Positions 50,436-63,925 of a stretch of DNA of 64,000 bases are shown one piece after another; the first letter of the stretch is position 1, and each line of letters begins with the position of its first letter. The translations under genes were made by a program, and so were the position numbers. The DNA is from Octopus sinensis (taxonomy: Eukaryota). The stretch is taken from NCBI RefSeq assembly GCF_006345805.1, contig NC_043004.1:28520001-28584000 (forward strand). The letters are read 5' to 3'. The notes below the pieces were generated by a model. That model saw only the letters and a list, made by a program, of their open reading frames with translations. It did no database searches and had not been told where the DNA came from.

Positions 50436-52656
50436 GGTATTTTCAAGATGATAAAGAAAAGCAATACTAAATGGATTTTTTAAACGTGTTAAGATAATCT
50501 GATATTTTTCAGTTCCAGAGCTCCGGCTCGTAACGTATAAATTACCATTACTTTCACTTTGCCTTCAAACAATTACAAACCAGTGAAACAAAGTATGACG
50601 CTTATTTTTCCCTTTCAATTTTTTTTTTCCGGGCTTCTACCAAATTCGCGTTTTCAATTATCTTCATTGTCCATTCATCAATGCTGCTCAGCCACATTAT
50701 TTGTGATCTTCCTCTTTTACCGGGAATTTTTCCTTTCAATGACCATATTCGCTAGAGTTATAGTGTTATTATGTTGTGTTACATAACCAAACTATTTCAT
50801 TTTGCACCTGTTAACAATTGACAGAAGATTTTCACGATTCGCAGTTTTTCAGTTTATTTTATAGAAGTGCCTATAATCACTGTAATAATATTAGTACTTG
50901 TTAAAGCAACTCACCAACTCCATTTATCTCAGAGTAGATCGAAGAACCGGTTATGCAACGTCGGAAAAGCAGGTTTTGGTATTTGGTTATGGACCTTCAT
51001 GTTCTGACTTAAAGGCCTATCCAGCTCCGTTTTGTCTCTTGCCCATCCGAAATCGCTTAAATACATGCACCAGTCGATAAAATAAGTATTGGGATCAATA
51101 TAAACGGCTATACCCAAGAAGGTGCTGCCCGACATTGCTCTGGTTCAGCGAACGTAAAAATAACATCAGTGATAATGGCGACGGTGATGATATATTACAG
51201 TAACCAAATAAAAGTGGTAGTCAATTGAGAAATATATATTTCCTACGTTAAGCTCAATATGATTATAGATAATGACAGACACTGTAATATTTTAACTATT
51301 AACAGGAGGCAAAAAAATGCATATGTGAATTATTTACTTTGACATGAAAACACGTATTATTACTTTGGTGATGTCTTTCTGAATAAATCGAAGAACCAAT
51401 GAAATAGCATCAAGAAAAAATAAGCTTTGCAAAGCTAATACTGCCTCAAGCTGTTAAAAGTAGAAAATATGGACCAATATCAAGGTATCTACCTGCTCGT
51501 TCGATTCGCGAGAAACGGTGGTCATGAAAGTAATTTGAAATCACTTTTAGAAGTGCAGTTATGAGTTGTTCCTGTATTGTAATAGCCAATGAAAGATAGG
51601 TAGAGGGGATCAATGTTAAAGTTACCTGCCTCCGTTATAATTATAATACAATGAATATTATGTGCAGAATCCTTTGGCTGGTTGTTGGTATTTTATTCTA
51701 TCTTCCACTGTTATTATAAGAAAAGAAAAGAACAGGATATAATCAACTGCTTCTTTGGTAAATTGTTCAACACCTTACCAGTACTGCCATCGGGATAAAA
51801 TGTGCATGTGCAAATATGTACTGGAAGAAACCTCAATATACAGATATGTACGAGAAGCTGGTTAATTGAAATTTATTTTTGTGCGGAAAGCAGGTTAAAT
51901 GTTTAGGAAACAGCCCTTCATTAGACAGCTTCTGCGCGAAACGTTACATTCCTGTTCTTCAAGATGAAAAAAAAATATGTATTCCACTCATTTTGCATTT
52001 GCTATTTGCTGACGTAGATCATTACTGCGACATTAGTCCGCTCTTAAAATGTACAGATTGTGAACAGATATTTCGATGAAAGAAGGACGGAGTTCTTAGC
52101 TAAAAACCTTGATAATGTCATCGTTATATGATTATAACACATTTAAAAATTAATCAGCGTCCTCAATTTTCGTAGATTAACACGTAAAACTTAAGAAAAG
52201 TATAAAAGAATTTAAATCTGATATGCTTTTTTATCACAGAAAGATTAATTTGATTTATTGAGGCGAAGGAGTTTAGTTGCTACTATCGACTCCAGTATTT
52301 GACAGGCATTTAATTTTATTGACCCCTGAAGATAAAAGGCAGTGCAAGCATGTTTTTTTTTTTTTTTGCCCCCGATGCTTAAACGATTCTGACAACTCGC
52401 CGCCTTCGAAGCTGATTTGCTGATCTTATTTGTTTGTTTTTGTTTTTTTATTCGAGCTCTAAGTGGCTTCTTTTTTCTTTTTCTAGTGGCTGTCCACCTG
52501 ATTGTTGTCATCATCAAGAAGAAAGTGACCGGGTAAGGATTTTAAAGAATATTTCCTAAACTTTATACTCCTCGTTATTAGATTGGAAGTTAATTTTTGC
52601 TGAAACCATCCTTTATATATGGAACACAGCAAACATCCTCCATATATGTAATACGG

Positions 52657-52710
<54 letters not shown>

Positions 52711-52749
52711 TACATACATACATACATACATACATACTACATACATACA

Positions 52750-52844
<95 letters not shown>

Positions 52845-53896
52845 ATGTACGGATTAATGCGTTGATCCATTCCTGAATATGTATATGCATAGGTGTAAAA
52901 AGGTTGAATGTAGATTCGTCTTCTAATGTTGATTCTTCATATTTTGCTGGTAGATTACAGGCGTAAATTTGCGAAAAAGAAAATAATACTTGTATATGAT
53001 TTGTGGTGAATTTATGGAAAGAAATCCCATAAAACTCATCAATTTAGTTAAAAATGGAGAAGGCAAGTTGTTAAAATATATAAGAGAATTTTAATTCATG
53101 CAGACGATCGTTTCGTACAGAGATATAAAAATCATGCAAATTCATGATTGAATTGAATTAGATTAAATGAATTAAATAAATTAATTAATTATGTATATCA
53201 ATGTACTCTTCAGTGCAGGAAATATAAACAAACTTTACAATGAACTTGAGAAAGGAAATAGCAGAAGAATAGAATCTAGGAGATTCATCTTTATCCTTAT
53301 GAGAAAGAGATGAGTCAAGTTAGATATTTACTATAACTATGTGTATGCATATGGGCACATATACATAAATAAATATATACGATGATGAATGCAAAAAGTA
53401 TCTTGGAATTGATGGAAATGTTGCAGTGAGTAGATCCAGAGTGACAAGGGAGTAGTGTAGCTGACTTCAAAACGTATGTAAGTCAGATCTGTTCGCATTC
53501 AAACACGATGACCCCTTTTCTGCAGTCACAATGCTTGTACTAATGTTTGAAACACTGCACTTGATACGTGAAGAGATCAGTAATTTGACCATTGATAATT
53601 CCTACATTAACGGTGGCACTGTCACGATCTTTATTAACCAGAGGGATTGGCGGCAGATGCTTAATGTTAGTTCAAATGGTACTTAAAAATCGCATCGCAT
53701 TTACTAAAACAACATACGCACTTAACAGTAACAATAATAGCATCACGATTATAGGTGAAGAACTCCAGTATAGATATATTTTGAGTATTGAGCTATCCAG
53801 TTGACCAGGGATGGTAGAATAGCCTATTTATACAGAAGCTTAAACTAACCCAGTTAGACAGTGACTCTCATCAACAGAAAGTTATTCACGATTACA

Positions 53897-54319
53897 TACT
53901 CTTTTACTCTTTTTACTCTTTTTACTTGTTTCAGTCATTTGACTGCGGCCATGCTGGAGCACCGCCTTTAGTCGAGCAACTCGACCCCGGGACTTATTCT
54001 TTGTAAGCCCAGTACTTATTCTATCGGTCTCTTTTGCCGAACCGCTAAGTGACGGGGACGTAAACACACCAGCATCAGTTGTCAAGCAATGCTAGGGGAA
54101 CAAACACAGACACACAAACATATTCACACACACTTATATATATATACATATATACGACAGGCTTCTTTCAGTTTCCGTCAACCAAATCCACTCACAAGGC
54201 ATTGGTCGGCCCGGGGCTATAGCAGAAGACACTTGCCCAAGATGCCACGCAGTGGGACTGAACCCGGAACCATGTGGTTGGTTAGCAAGCTACTTACCAA
54301 ACAGCCACTCCTGCGCCTA
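53897..54319 (-). mobile_element. Full-length family B SINE
   Basis: Nearly identical to 31995-32410. Confidence 0.93.
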
Positions 54320-54359
54320 TATGCAAGAAACTTGCTACATATGCAAGAAACTAAATGAT

Positions 54360-54830
54360 ATCAACATCATTGACAAACCAAGTAGTCATTCCGGGGCCAA
54401 TCATTCTACCAGGGAGGATATAGCCCCTGCTGCTCACGACCAGGGAATAGCAACTAAATATTTGGTCAATAAAAGAGATAAAGATGCCTCCAAACCTCAA
54501 CGCTCTGATAGAAAATTCGACTGGAAAATAGTAATATGGAAGATCGTCACCAGCTGCCCGTAGTTATTCTCAAGTCACAGCCTTCCCAAGAGGCATATGA
54601 TTGTTACCAAAACTACTTACTAAGCTAACCGCAAGATATTTTGTCCTGGTAGTCATACAATAAAGCACAATGGAACCAGAGTGTGTCTATTGCTTTAAAA
54701 ATAAGCAACACCAGTGAAATATTCCTATAAAAACAGCAATCCGGTGCAAAGGCAAGACTAATATTATTCTGTGGGACGAGGAACAAAGGTGAATCACCGT
54801 TGTAGAGGTCAGCTGCTCAGTGAATGTGAA
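54360..54830 (+). mobile_element. Possible highly decayed LINE remnant
   Basis: Weak, frameshifted resemblance to the pre-RT region of RLE-type LINEs. Confidence 0.3.
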
Positions 54831-55041
54831 TCTTTCACCTAAATCTGTGAGAACAATTATGCTAAACAGATGTGGATCTTACAAGTTCTATATCTGTTAT
54901 TCTGGAACAAATTTGCATAGAAGTCTGGAAATGTTTGTTGTCTCCAAAAACGAATGATAAGCTTTCATCTAACAAATTAGAAATACAATGAGTATTTACA
55001 AAATATTGCATCGACTTTTCATTCGATGTCCTTAGAGTGAG

Positions 55042-55078
<37 letters not shown>

Positions 55079-58000
55079 GGTATTTTTGTATAAGCTTAAA
55101 GCTCGCACCGAAATTATATATATATATTTATGTTTACTCTAAAGAAATTATTCAAGTATGTGCATATAACATGTACACACAAACACACATGTTTAAAGAT
55201 TAATTACACACATTCGCAAACCCCTAACACTAAACTAATTCTAACCTAAAAGTAGCCTCATGATTTTGTTAGCACTCTGTTCAAATTCTGCGGATAATTA
55301 AATAGATCTCAAACAAAATTAACACATTTAAAAACACGCAGACATTGACGCTTACAAACTTGCATACGTACATGAAAATAAACCAACAACCATACATTCC
55401 AAATTAATGAGGACTTAATATTCTATAACACTCATAAAAAATCTCTCGACTTCCATCAGTTTGTTGAAAGCAATATTGTTTAGTCGACAACGGCAATAGT
55501 CTCTGGCAAAAACCATACGTTTAAATCTTTTATTCTTGTCTTGCTCTTGAATCGGTGATTTTCCCATCAGATAGCACAATCTCTCTCTCTCGCTCTCTCT
55601 CGCTCTCTCTTTCTTTCTCTCTCTCTCTCACTCTTTCTATCTATCTATCTCTTTCTTCCTATTTCTCTTCGTTTCCTTCTCCCTCTCACTTTTCCTCCCC
55701 TCTGTCTTTTTCTGTCTCCCTCTCTAACATATAAACTCTGGAGTGCAGATGAGTCGGCATTTTTTGACTCACTCATTTTATGTGTTATAAAATATCAACA
55801 TTCAAGATTTCATTTTCGATTTCGTTCACTTTCTTCAGAGAAATGTGCTTTTAGACATCTTGGCATTTTATTTGTTTTACCTTAGCATCTCACTCTCAAA
55901 TGAGTGATTTCCGTTTTCTTCTTAACGTGAATGGTTTTGTTTATTTCATTCGAATTCTTTTGTAATAAATCTTAAAATCTCTCCTAGCTCCGCAATAGCA
56001 AAAATACCTTTGGGCACATCATCATTTACATTACTTTTCAATTTCATTATTTGTTCAATATAAAAGATATATTTAATGTTTTAATCTCACTTTTTTTTAA
56101 AGTATAAATAGAATTGTCAGTCCTTTGTATTTTTAACGTGAAAATTTGGAGAATATACCAGAGCACGTCTATTTATACTTTTAGTCCTATCTTTTGTTTA
56201 TCTCAATATATTTCGTGAAATATAGGGAGGAAGCTTATAACCTGTAATGATAATGTACATAGATGTTCTAGTACAACCCGCGAATAAAATTATAATCATT
56301 AAGAGACGGAGGAGGTAAGAACTAAAGAGGAGCAAAAAAGAGAAGCAAAAAAGGGAGGCTTGCAGTAAGAGTAGAACATATATGGTTTCACTGCTCCCCA
56401 ATGGCCAGTAAGGTAAAGAAAATTATAGCAACAAGAGGAAGCAAGTTTCGATAAAGAAAAAGAAGCGGGCTTTGGAATAACAACTTTGTGACTTGATTTC
56501 GATTTCGAATAACTGAAAAATAAAGTCACTAACAGCGCATGCGTTCTTTATACAGTTGTGTCACACACTCTCATTCTCCTCAATTAGAAATTAGCAGTAT
56601 TACGTTTAAGAAGCATTTTGGAATCTATATTGGTGCTGTCTCATTTTACGTGCAGCACTGAATATTCATCGGAATAACATGAATGCTGCAACCCCAAATC
56701 TGCCTTTCTTTTAAAGAGGCTTTTTTTCCTTTAAGTCAAAATGAACTTTTTCTTTATCTGGAATTTTATTCATGTTTGACTTGAATTTTAAATTGAATCG
56801 GACTCTATCTTCGGTTTCGTAGTATCATTTACTGAGTGCTCTTGATATTAATAATTACCATATCATCCAGTTGTTTCTTTTATTTAATTGAAACGAGTTG
56901 AGTTGTGGAATAAGAATCAATTTTCAATATCTATTTGCCACGATTTAACATTCTTTGTCAAACAGTTACATAATCCAAATTACAAAACATACCACATTAT
57001 AACGGATTCTTTTTTCTTTTTCTTCTTAACACTCGGGGAAACTTCAAAGGACTGTTGAGTTTTTATGTTCTTTGTTTTCAACACTAGTGAACCACTTTGT
57101 TATCGACATATTGCAACGATTATTCTAGTATCATCTCAGGTTACTTGCTGAGAAGCATTAAAACTTTTTTGTTTTCTTTTCGATTTTCGAACAAGTAAAA
57201 ATATCATGAAATATCCGTGCGATTTAATCGTGAATAAGACAAATACATTTCAAGTAGATGTGGTTCAATCAAATAAAATGGTTGGAATAAAGAAAATAAT
57301 CAACAGTTTCTAACGTATGATAATAGTTAAAGAGTAAATCGATCGACTGGGATTTTGCCATGCGAGCAGAAAATAAAATGTTGCGTTTCCTACCGAATGG
57401 CAAAAAATATTTTTCCTTTAGTATAATTTATCCATGCTTCCATGTGTTAGTCGAACCTATCAAGCCATTTCTGTCGTCATAACGGCAGTATCAAGGGATA
57501 GACTAGCTTTATATTTATCTACAAAAATGTTATAATAGTGAGGTTTTATAGTAGCTAACTAACCAATCGACTTAAGAGAAACACCTTTTATATCAAGTTC
57601 AGAATTTACTTACTATTCTTGAAATTTCTTTCTTGGTAAAACTATGTTCGAAAGTTTCAGATCTGCAATCCATCAATACTGCCTTCACATTTCCCACAAT
57701 CGCTCTCGAATTGACCTTTTCACTTTATCAACAATGTTCTGTCGTCAATCGACACTATTTCACTTACCTCAGTTTTGAATGAAACGGTCATCAATTTTCC
57801 TACTACAGTTCAATTTAACCGCCTTTACATTGCTGGTAATTGCAAGGTGTGTACTTCAATGAGCGGGATATTCGATGCATCACCTCTTTACGTTCTGAGG
57901 GAAAATACTCTCATGGCCGAATTTATCATTCATCTTTCGAGGGTCGATTGATTAAAGTACTAATTAAGAACTGGGGTTATTATGATTAACTGTCTCTTTT

Positions 58001-58127
58001 CTCAAAAGTATGTGGCTTACATGAATGCTAGAAATCCTCATCATCATCATTATCGTCATCGTCGTTGTCGTCGTCGTCTTCGTCATCATCATCATCATCG
58101 TCGTCGTCATCATCATCATCATCATTA

Positions 58128-58590
58128 TCAATGAGTGAGAGAGCAGCGATATGCCATCAAACTGACACAGGGGTAAAATATACGAAACCCAATATACCCA
58201 TCATGACTACCCGTCTGATAAGGCACATGCATCACAACCATATGTGCGCAACATGTTAATCTCAAGTGAAGAGATAGACAGCGCATGAACTTGCAGGTGG
58301 GGTCCAGTTAGAATATTCTTCAGGCTGAGTGGCCCATCCCACTCAAAAGGTCCCTGAATAAGGGTTGTTTAAGGATGATGAATGAAACATACATGTTTCC
58401 AGAGGTGAATTATTCAAACCCCAAAGAATTCTTCTCAACACATGATTATGATGCACCCCACTACTTCTGCTCGTGATCAGTGATGCACATATCGTCCGCC
58501 ACTAAGGGATATGCTTAACTGGTTAAGGTGAAACAACTGGCAAACAGATCTATAGTATTGAGCAGAATATTTGCTGTAGCCCATCTTTTC
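58128..58590 (-). mobile_element. Second copy of element D with a (TGA/CGA)n tail
   Basis: Colinear with 10428-10905. Confidence 0.8.
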
Positions 58591-58642
58591 CAATCAGTTA
58601 AGATCAAAAGCCATGCGAGCCACTGCCTGGTACTGCATCAGA

Positions 58643-58774
58643 GCATTCATTATTATTATTATTATTATCATTCTTCTTCTTCTTCTTCTTCTTCTTCTTC
58701 TTCTTCTTCTTCTTCTTCTTCTTCTTCTTCTTCTTCTCTTCTTCTTCTTATTCTTCTTCTTATCATCATCATCA

Positions 58775-58830
<56 letters not shown>
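58643..58830. repeat. Compound (ATT)n-(TCT)n-(ATC)n-(ATT)n array
   Basis: Direct observation. Confidence 0.95.
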
Positions 58831-58831
<1 letters not shown>

Positions 58832-59480
58832 GCAGGTTTTCTACTAGCCCCTTGATAATATTTTCATATTTGATTCCCATTTCTAATAATTTTTGCATTT
58901 TTCGTCTAATTATTTCTTTGTCTAATAGTACTCACTTCCTTAGTAAATATTGCTTTCATTATTTTATCACAGTCATAATCTCTCTTTTTTAAACGAACAT
59001 CACGGGTAGCCATACCCAGCGTTTCTGGCTCTCCTTTCAAGTACCAAAGCCGACGATTATTACTTCCAACATTCTCAGTTTGTTCCATTTCTTTTCATTT
59101 ATTTATCCTGTTATTCATCCTTTTCTCTTTGAATTTTCCTACCCTTTCACTCACTTTGTGGGTATCTCTAGCTGCCGAAAGTACTCTCTCTTTCATTTTT
59201 CGGACTCAGTATCGCAGTACTATCAGAGTCTTCTGCGTTTAGTAATCCTCTACCATCTCCCTTTCTTAGAAGATAGGGTCAGTCGTTATTACTTTTTTGG
59301 ATGGAGTGCATTGTGCATTGTGCATTGTGAGCAGGTTACTAGTTCTTCTATGCAAGTTCTGCAGCTTTATACCTGTCCATTTCAGAAAGGGAGTAGAATA
59401 TTTCAATGTTGGTATAGCCCATGTATTTATGGTTTTGATTATGTTCATTCTATTTAATTTTGAGTCGAGTGAGGCTGTAA
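58832..59480 (-). mobile_element. Decayed R4/Dong-like LINE fragment, post-RT region
   Basis: NIIKTINTWAIPTLKYS..KWT...L..RT..LLTMH and LKGEPETLGMA resemble the R4/Dong post-RT segment. Confidence 0.75.
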
Positions 59481-59518
59481 GCTGGAAGAATCGTTAATGA
59501 GCTGGACAAAATACTTAG

Positions 59519-59650
59519 TAACATTTCGTCTGTCTTTTATGTTCTGAGTTCTAAATCCGCCGAGGTCAACTTTGCGTTCCGGGTCGGTAAAAGTACCAGT
59601 GAAGTACTGGAGTTCCCTCCCACAATATTTCAAATCTTGTGCCACTAGTA
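59519..59650 (+). mobile_element. Degenerate headless family C unit
   Basis: TTTCGTCTGTC..TTCTGAGTTCTAAATCCGCCGAGGTCAACTTTGC. Confidence 0.75.
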
Positions 59651-59681
59651 GAAAGGGCCCATTATTATTATCTTTATTGTT

Positions 59682-59737
<56 letters not shown>

Positions 59738-59742
59738 GGTGG

Positions 59743-59773
<31 letters not shown>

Positions 59774-59887
59774 GCTGGTGCTGGTGGTGCTGGCGGCAGC
59801 GGCGGCAGCGGCGGCAGCGGCGGCAGCGGCGGCAGCGGCGGCAGCGGCGGCAGCGGCGGCAGCGGCGGCAGCGGCAGCAGCAGTAGC

Positions 59888-59917
<30 letters not shown>
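59682..59917. repeat. Stepwise compound trinucleotide array GTA, GTG, GCT/GGT, GCGGCGGCA, GCA, GTA
   Basis: Direct observation. Confidence 0.95.
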
Positions 59918-59918
<1 letters not shown>

Positions 59919-60226
59919 CCACAAAACCAAAAGTTTTGCAGGAAGAGAACAGTGGATTATAACAACATCAGAATTTGACTGGTACTCGTTTTGCAGATCC
60001 TACACTCTCGCCTTATCAGTAGTATTTTAATGTTGATTCATGATATAAGTATACGGTTCACATGTGTTTTAATAGCAATCTCTGACATAGGCATGAGCTC
60101 TGAATTTGAGGCGCGAGTAGAAATAACCGATTACATGAAAGTCGGTATTTGAATGGTATTTATTTTACCGACACCAGGACGATGAAAGACTAAGCTAGTA
60201 AGACATGAAATCAGAAAATACAGTGC

Positions 60227-60469
60227 TACGTTCTGAGTTCAAATTCCGCCGAGGTCGACTTTGCCTTTCATCCTTTCGGGGTCGATTAAATAAGTACCAG
60301 TTACGCACTGAGACCGATATAATCGACTTAATCTGTTCGTCTGTCCTTGTTTGTCCCCTCTATGTTTAGCCCCTTGTGGGCAATAAAGGAATAAGAAGCT
60401 TGCTTCCCAACCGCATGGTTCCGGGTTCAGTTCCACTGCATGGCACCTTGGGCAAGTGTCTTCTACTAT
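60227..60469 (+). mobile_element. Family C SINE 3' part joined to family B head remainder
   Basis: C tail ends at 60392, followed by AAGAAGCTTGCTTCCCAACCGCATGGTTCCGGGTTCAG. Confidence 0.88.
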
Positions 60470-61520
60470 GCTGAATAAATACTGCAAATCATTTTGTCCG
60501 ATGTTCTAACATTCTGTACATCCTTTACATTCTGTGCATCTGCATAAGCAAAATAAGATAAAAGAGAGTATACCTGTTTCAAATGAACAGTATAACTCTA
60601 CCGCTATATAACATTCTTCAACCTACTTATAATTTCAGATTAAATCTCTTGCTAAGCATCTACAACAAAGAAGTTGTTATCACAATATTTCATAAATTAA
60701 TTATACACACACTTTAATATAAAATAATATAAAATCGTTTTCTGTGTTTTTTCGTTGCAGCTGAAATTAAATCTACTTCGTGTTGCTGGTAAATACCGAG
60801 TGAAAAAGAAGAAAATATCTTCTCTAGTAAGTACTGAACTTCCTTTTCAGGGACTTTTCAGTTCATACCTAACTTTTCAACGGTTCGTTCTTTTACTACA
60901 AGAGTAAAGCTAACATCGCTGTGTATTTAGAAGTATATCTAATTCTTTTTGCTCCGTTATAGTGCAATCTTAGGAGAAAAGAAGACGGGTGACAGATAAG
61001 TAACTTCATAAAAGATGAATGTATAAAAGGCGTAGTTACAGAAAAGAGATTGAATAAAGATAGACGAGAAAAGAAGAGAGAGAGAGGGACAGGTGTGAAA
61101 GACAGAGAGGGAACAACGACGGGAAGATTGGGAGAGAAAGTGAGACAAATGATAGCAGAGAGGAAAGAAAATGGACGAAACAACATTTCAAATCCCCCAA
61201 AAAATTATTCAAATACACAAGTACTTGCACACACACATACGCTCAACATATACATATATTTGGTACATTGCTTGAACCATGTTTTCCCTCTTTCCTCCTC
61301 TCTTCACCTCTCATTTTCTTCCCCTCTTTCTTTCCCTTTCTCATTTTGTCTTTCTTTTTCTTTCAATCTCTCTCTTTCTCACTCTCTCTCCCCCCTCTCT
61401 CTCTTTATCTCTCTCTCCCTCTCTCTCCTTCTTACCAACAAGGATACATTATTTTTGAACACGTAAAATATAGAAATGACCGTAATTTAGAGAAACCGAA
61501 TTTTCATTTTTTTTTGCTCA

Positions 61521-61574
<54 letters not shown>

Positions 61575-62921
61575 ACTCTATTTATCTGCCTATCGATCTA
61601 ACTATCTATCGTTGCTTGTTATAGTCATTACGAACTGAACGATTTAATTTGATGCTATTTAAAATATAATTTATGTAGAGTTAAAATATGGGAGAAAATT
61701 TCTTTTTCATACTAAAGGTATTTTGTTATCATTTTCAATTATTGAACGACATCTATCGTAGCATCGAGTAGATCTGAGACTATTGAGTGAAATTGAGCTG
61801 ATGGAAACTGTAGGGAAGCCAATTAGATTAACTCCACATGTGGCTGGATGTTAGATTTAATCCATCGCCCGGTTTAACTCTACAATCAACCTCTTGAATC
61901 TACTTATCAAAGTCCACTCTATTGTTTGCAATGCGAGATCACCACATGAAACCTGGTTTCTTCTTCCCTTTTGCTACATGACTCTGAGAAAACTCACAGC
62001 ACTTCATCTTTAGAATAAACTATAAAAATCCATAAGTAAATCTATAACAGCTGTAAATTGAAAGGAACCTACTCTTTGTATACTAACTGGTATGTTTTTT
62101 TAACGTATCCCAATACTATAGCTTTTGAAAATGTTTCAACAGACTAACATCGCTCACCAATTTTCTTTCTACTTACATTTATTCACTTTTTTAATTTTCT
62201 TTTGCTTTCAATAGCCAAGAAATAAAATAATTTTTAAAATTTAATTTCTAACTATTTACTTATACTTGAACATCTATTAATACTTCTGCTAATAAAAATA
62301 AGTTTGATATTGCTTCTTTCTGTAGGCATATGACCTGAAATTTTGAGAAGAGAGGTCTTCGACCCCAGTGCTCAACTGGTATTCATTTCATCGACCACGA
62401 AAAGATGAAACGCAAAATCGACCTCAGTATTCTAAACCTGATACGTATTTTATCGGTAGTCTTACTGAACCTATAAGTTAAGGGGATGTAAACAAGCCAA
62501 CAGTGGTTTGCAAGCGATAGTAGTGATGAGAGGCAAATACAAGTACAAACACACACACACACACATCCCGGATTCGGCATATATATTTACCCACTATTTA
62601 AGCATAATAATTTTCACATGCTTTAAACATAAATTGAAACATTCTCATTCGCAAAATATTTGCAAACGTCGTATAACAGTTCCTAACATTATTTTATTGT
62701 TTACTCTTAATTATATATGACGGCTCAGACTAAACTGGAACAAATTGTATATTGAAAATGATTGGTATAAAGGAGTATGAAAATAAAATAGTTAAGAATA
62801 GATTGGGGGCTATGGTGGTAGCAGAGGGGCGGCCATCTTCAAATATAAATATACGTTAAAATTGTCAATAAATATAACAATCTACCAGTAAATTTGTAAT
62901 AAAATAAATAATGGGTAAATA

Positions 62922-63322
62922 TAGGAGCAGGAGTGGCTTTGTGGCAAGAAGGAGGTGAGCTGGCAAAAACGTTAGCACGACAGGCGAAATGCGTAGCCGT
63001 ATTTCGTCTGCCGTTACGTTCTGAGTTCAAATTCCGCCGAGGTCGACTTTGCTTTTCATCCTTTCGGGGTCGATTAAATAAGTACCAGTTACGCACTGGG
63101 GTCGATATAATCGACTTAATCCGTTCGTCTGTCTTTGTTTGTCCCCTCTGTGTTTAGTCCCTTGTGGGCAATAAAGAAATAAGAAGCTTGCTTGCTTCCC
63201 AACCGCATGGTTCCGGGTTCAGTTCCACTGCACGGCACCTTGAGCAAGTGTCTTCTACTCTGGCTCCGGGCCGACCAAAGCCATATGACTGGATTTGGTA
63301 GATGGAAACTGAAAGAAGCCCG
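62922..63322 (+). mobile_element. Family C SINE (62951-63180) nested in the A-box region of a family B SINE
   Basis: B head TAGGAGCAGGAGTGGCTTTGTGGC-AAGAA, complete C copy, then AAGAA-GCTTG.. resuming B; AAGAA at 62946-50 and 63181-85. Confidence 0.92.
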
Positions 63323-63844
63323 TTATATATATATATATATATATATATCAAGATTAATCAACCGAAATTGCGAGGATGATCCGCTTCTTGACTGAAGATA
63401 AAGGCTTCGAATGACCCGTCTGTGTTTTTTTGTATCGTCTATCTGGATGTTTTGTTGTCCCTTTTTGTATCACCTAGTTGTCCGGATGTTTTGCGTTCTT
63501 GTCCTATTTTGTATTTTAAGGGCTATCAGCTAGAACGAAAATTATTTGTTTTTTGTTTTTTTTTGTTTCTGGGTTCAAATAACCAAATCAGGGCATATCG
63601 ACCAAAATTGCCTTTTTGGTGTATTGCGGTTAAAAATGATTATCTGCAAGATCTCGCCAGCTTTCAATCAAGGATAACATCCATGGCATCTTCAAATGTC
63701 TTCAGAAGAATATCCAACGAATAATGCATCGTTTAAACTCAAGTTCTCTACTTGTAATCTCTTGGGTTTAAGAACCAGAAAATATGCATTTTAAACATAT
63801 GGGGGGAAACTTCCTAAAATAACAAATTCCCACTCTGGGAACAA

Positions 63845-63925
63845 TGTGGGTCGATTCGTTCGACTAAAGGCGGTGCTCCAGCATGGCTGCGGTCAAATGA
63901 CTGAAACAATAAAAGATCAAAAGAA
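63845..63925 (+). mobile_element. Family B SINE 3' tail
   Basis: GGGTCGATTCGTTCGACTAAAGGCGGTGCTCCAGCATGGCTGCGGTCAAATGACTGAAACAATAAAAGA. Confidence 0.85.

Noticed and set aside
51879-52079. ORF containing KRYIPV as the BMI1 KRYLRCPA exon
   Set aside because: Similarity limited to three residues; no RAWUL continuation or splice sites.
53214-53320. Candidate next BMI1 exon, open in phase 2 (NAGNINKLYNELEKGNSRR..)
   Set aside because: Short pyrimidine tract, weak GTTAGA donor, no similarity to PCGF proteins.
56272-56314. AG..GGAG|GTAAGA segment resembling the end of human BMI1 exon 7
   Set aside because: In-frame TAA in the required phase and no pyrimidine tract.
56620-56695. miRNA-like hairpin around GTGCTG..CAGCAC / GCAGCA..TGCTGC
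   Set aside because: Stems are only about 6 bp and compete with each other; no recognised mature miRNA.
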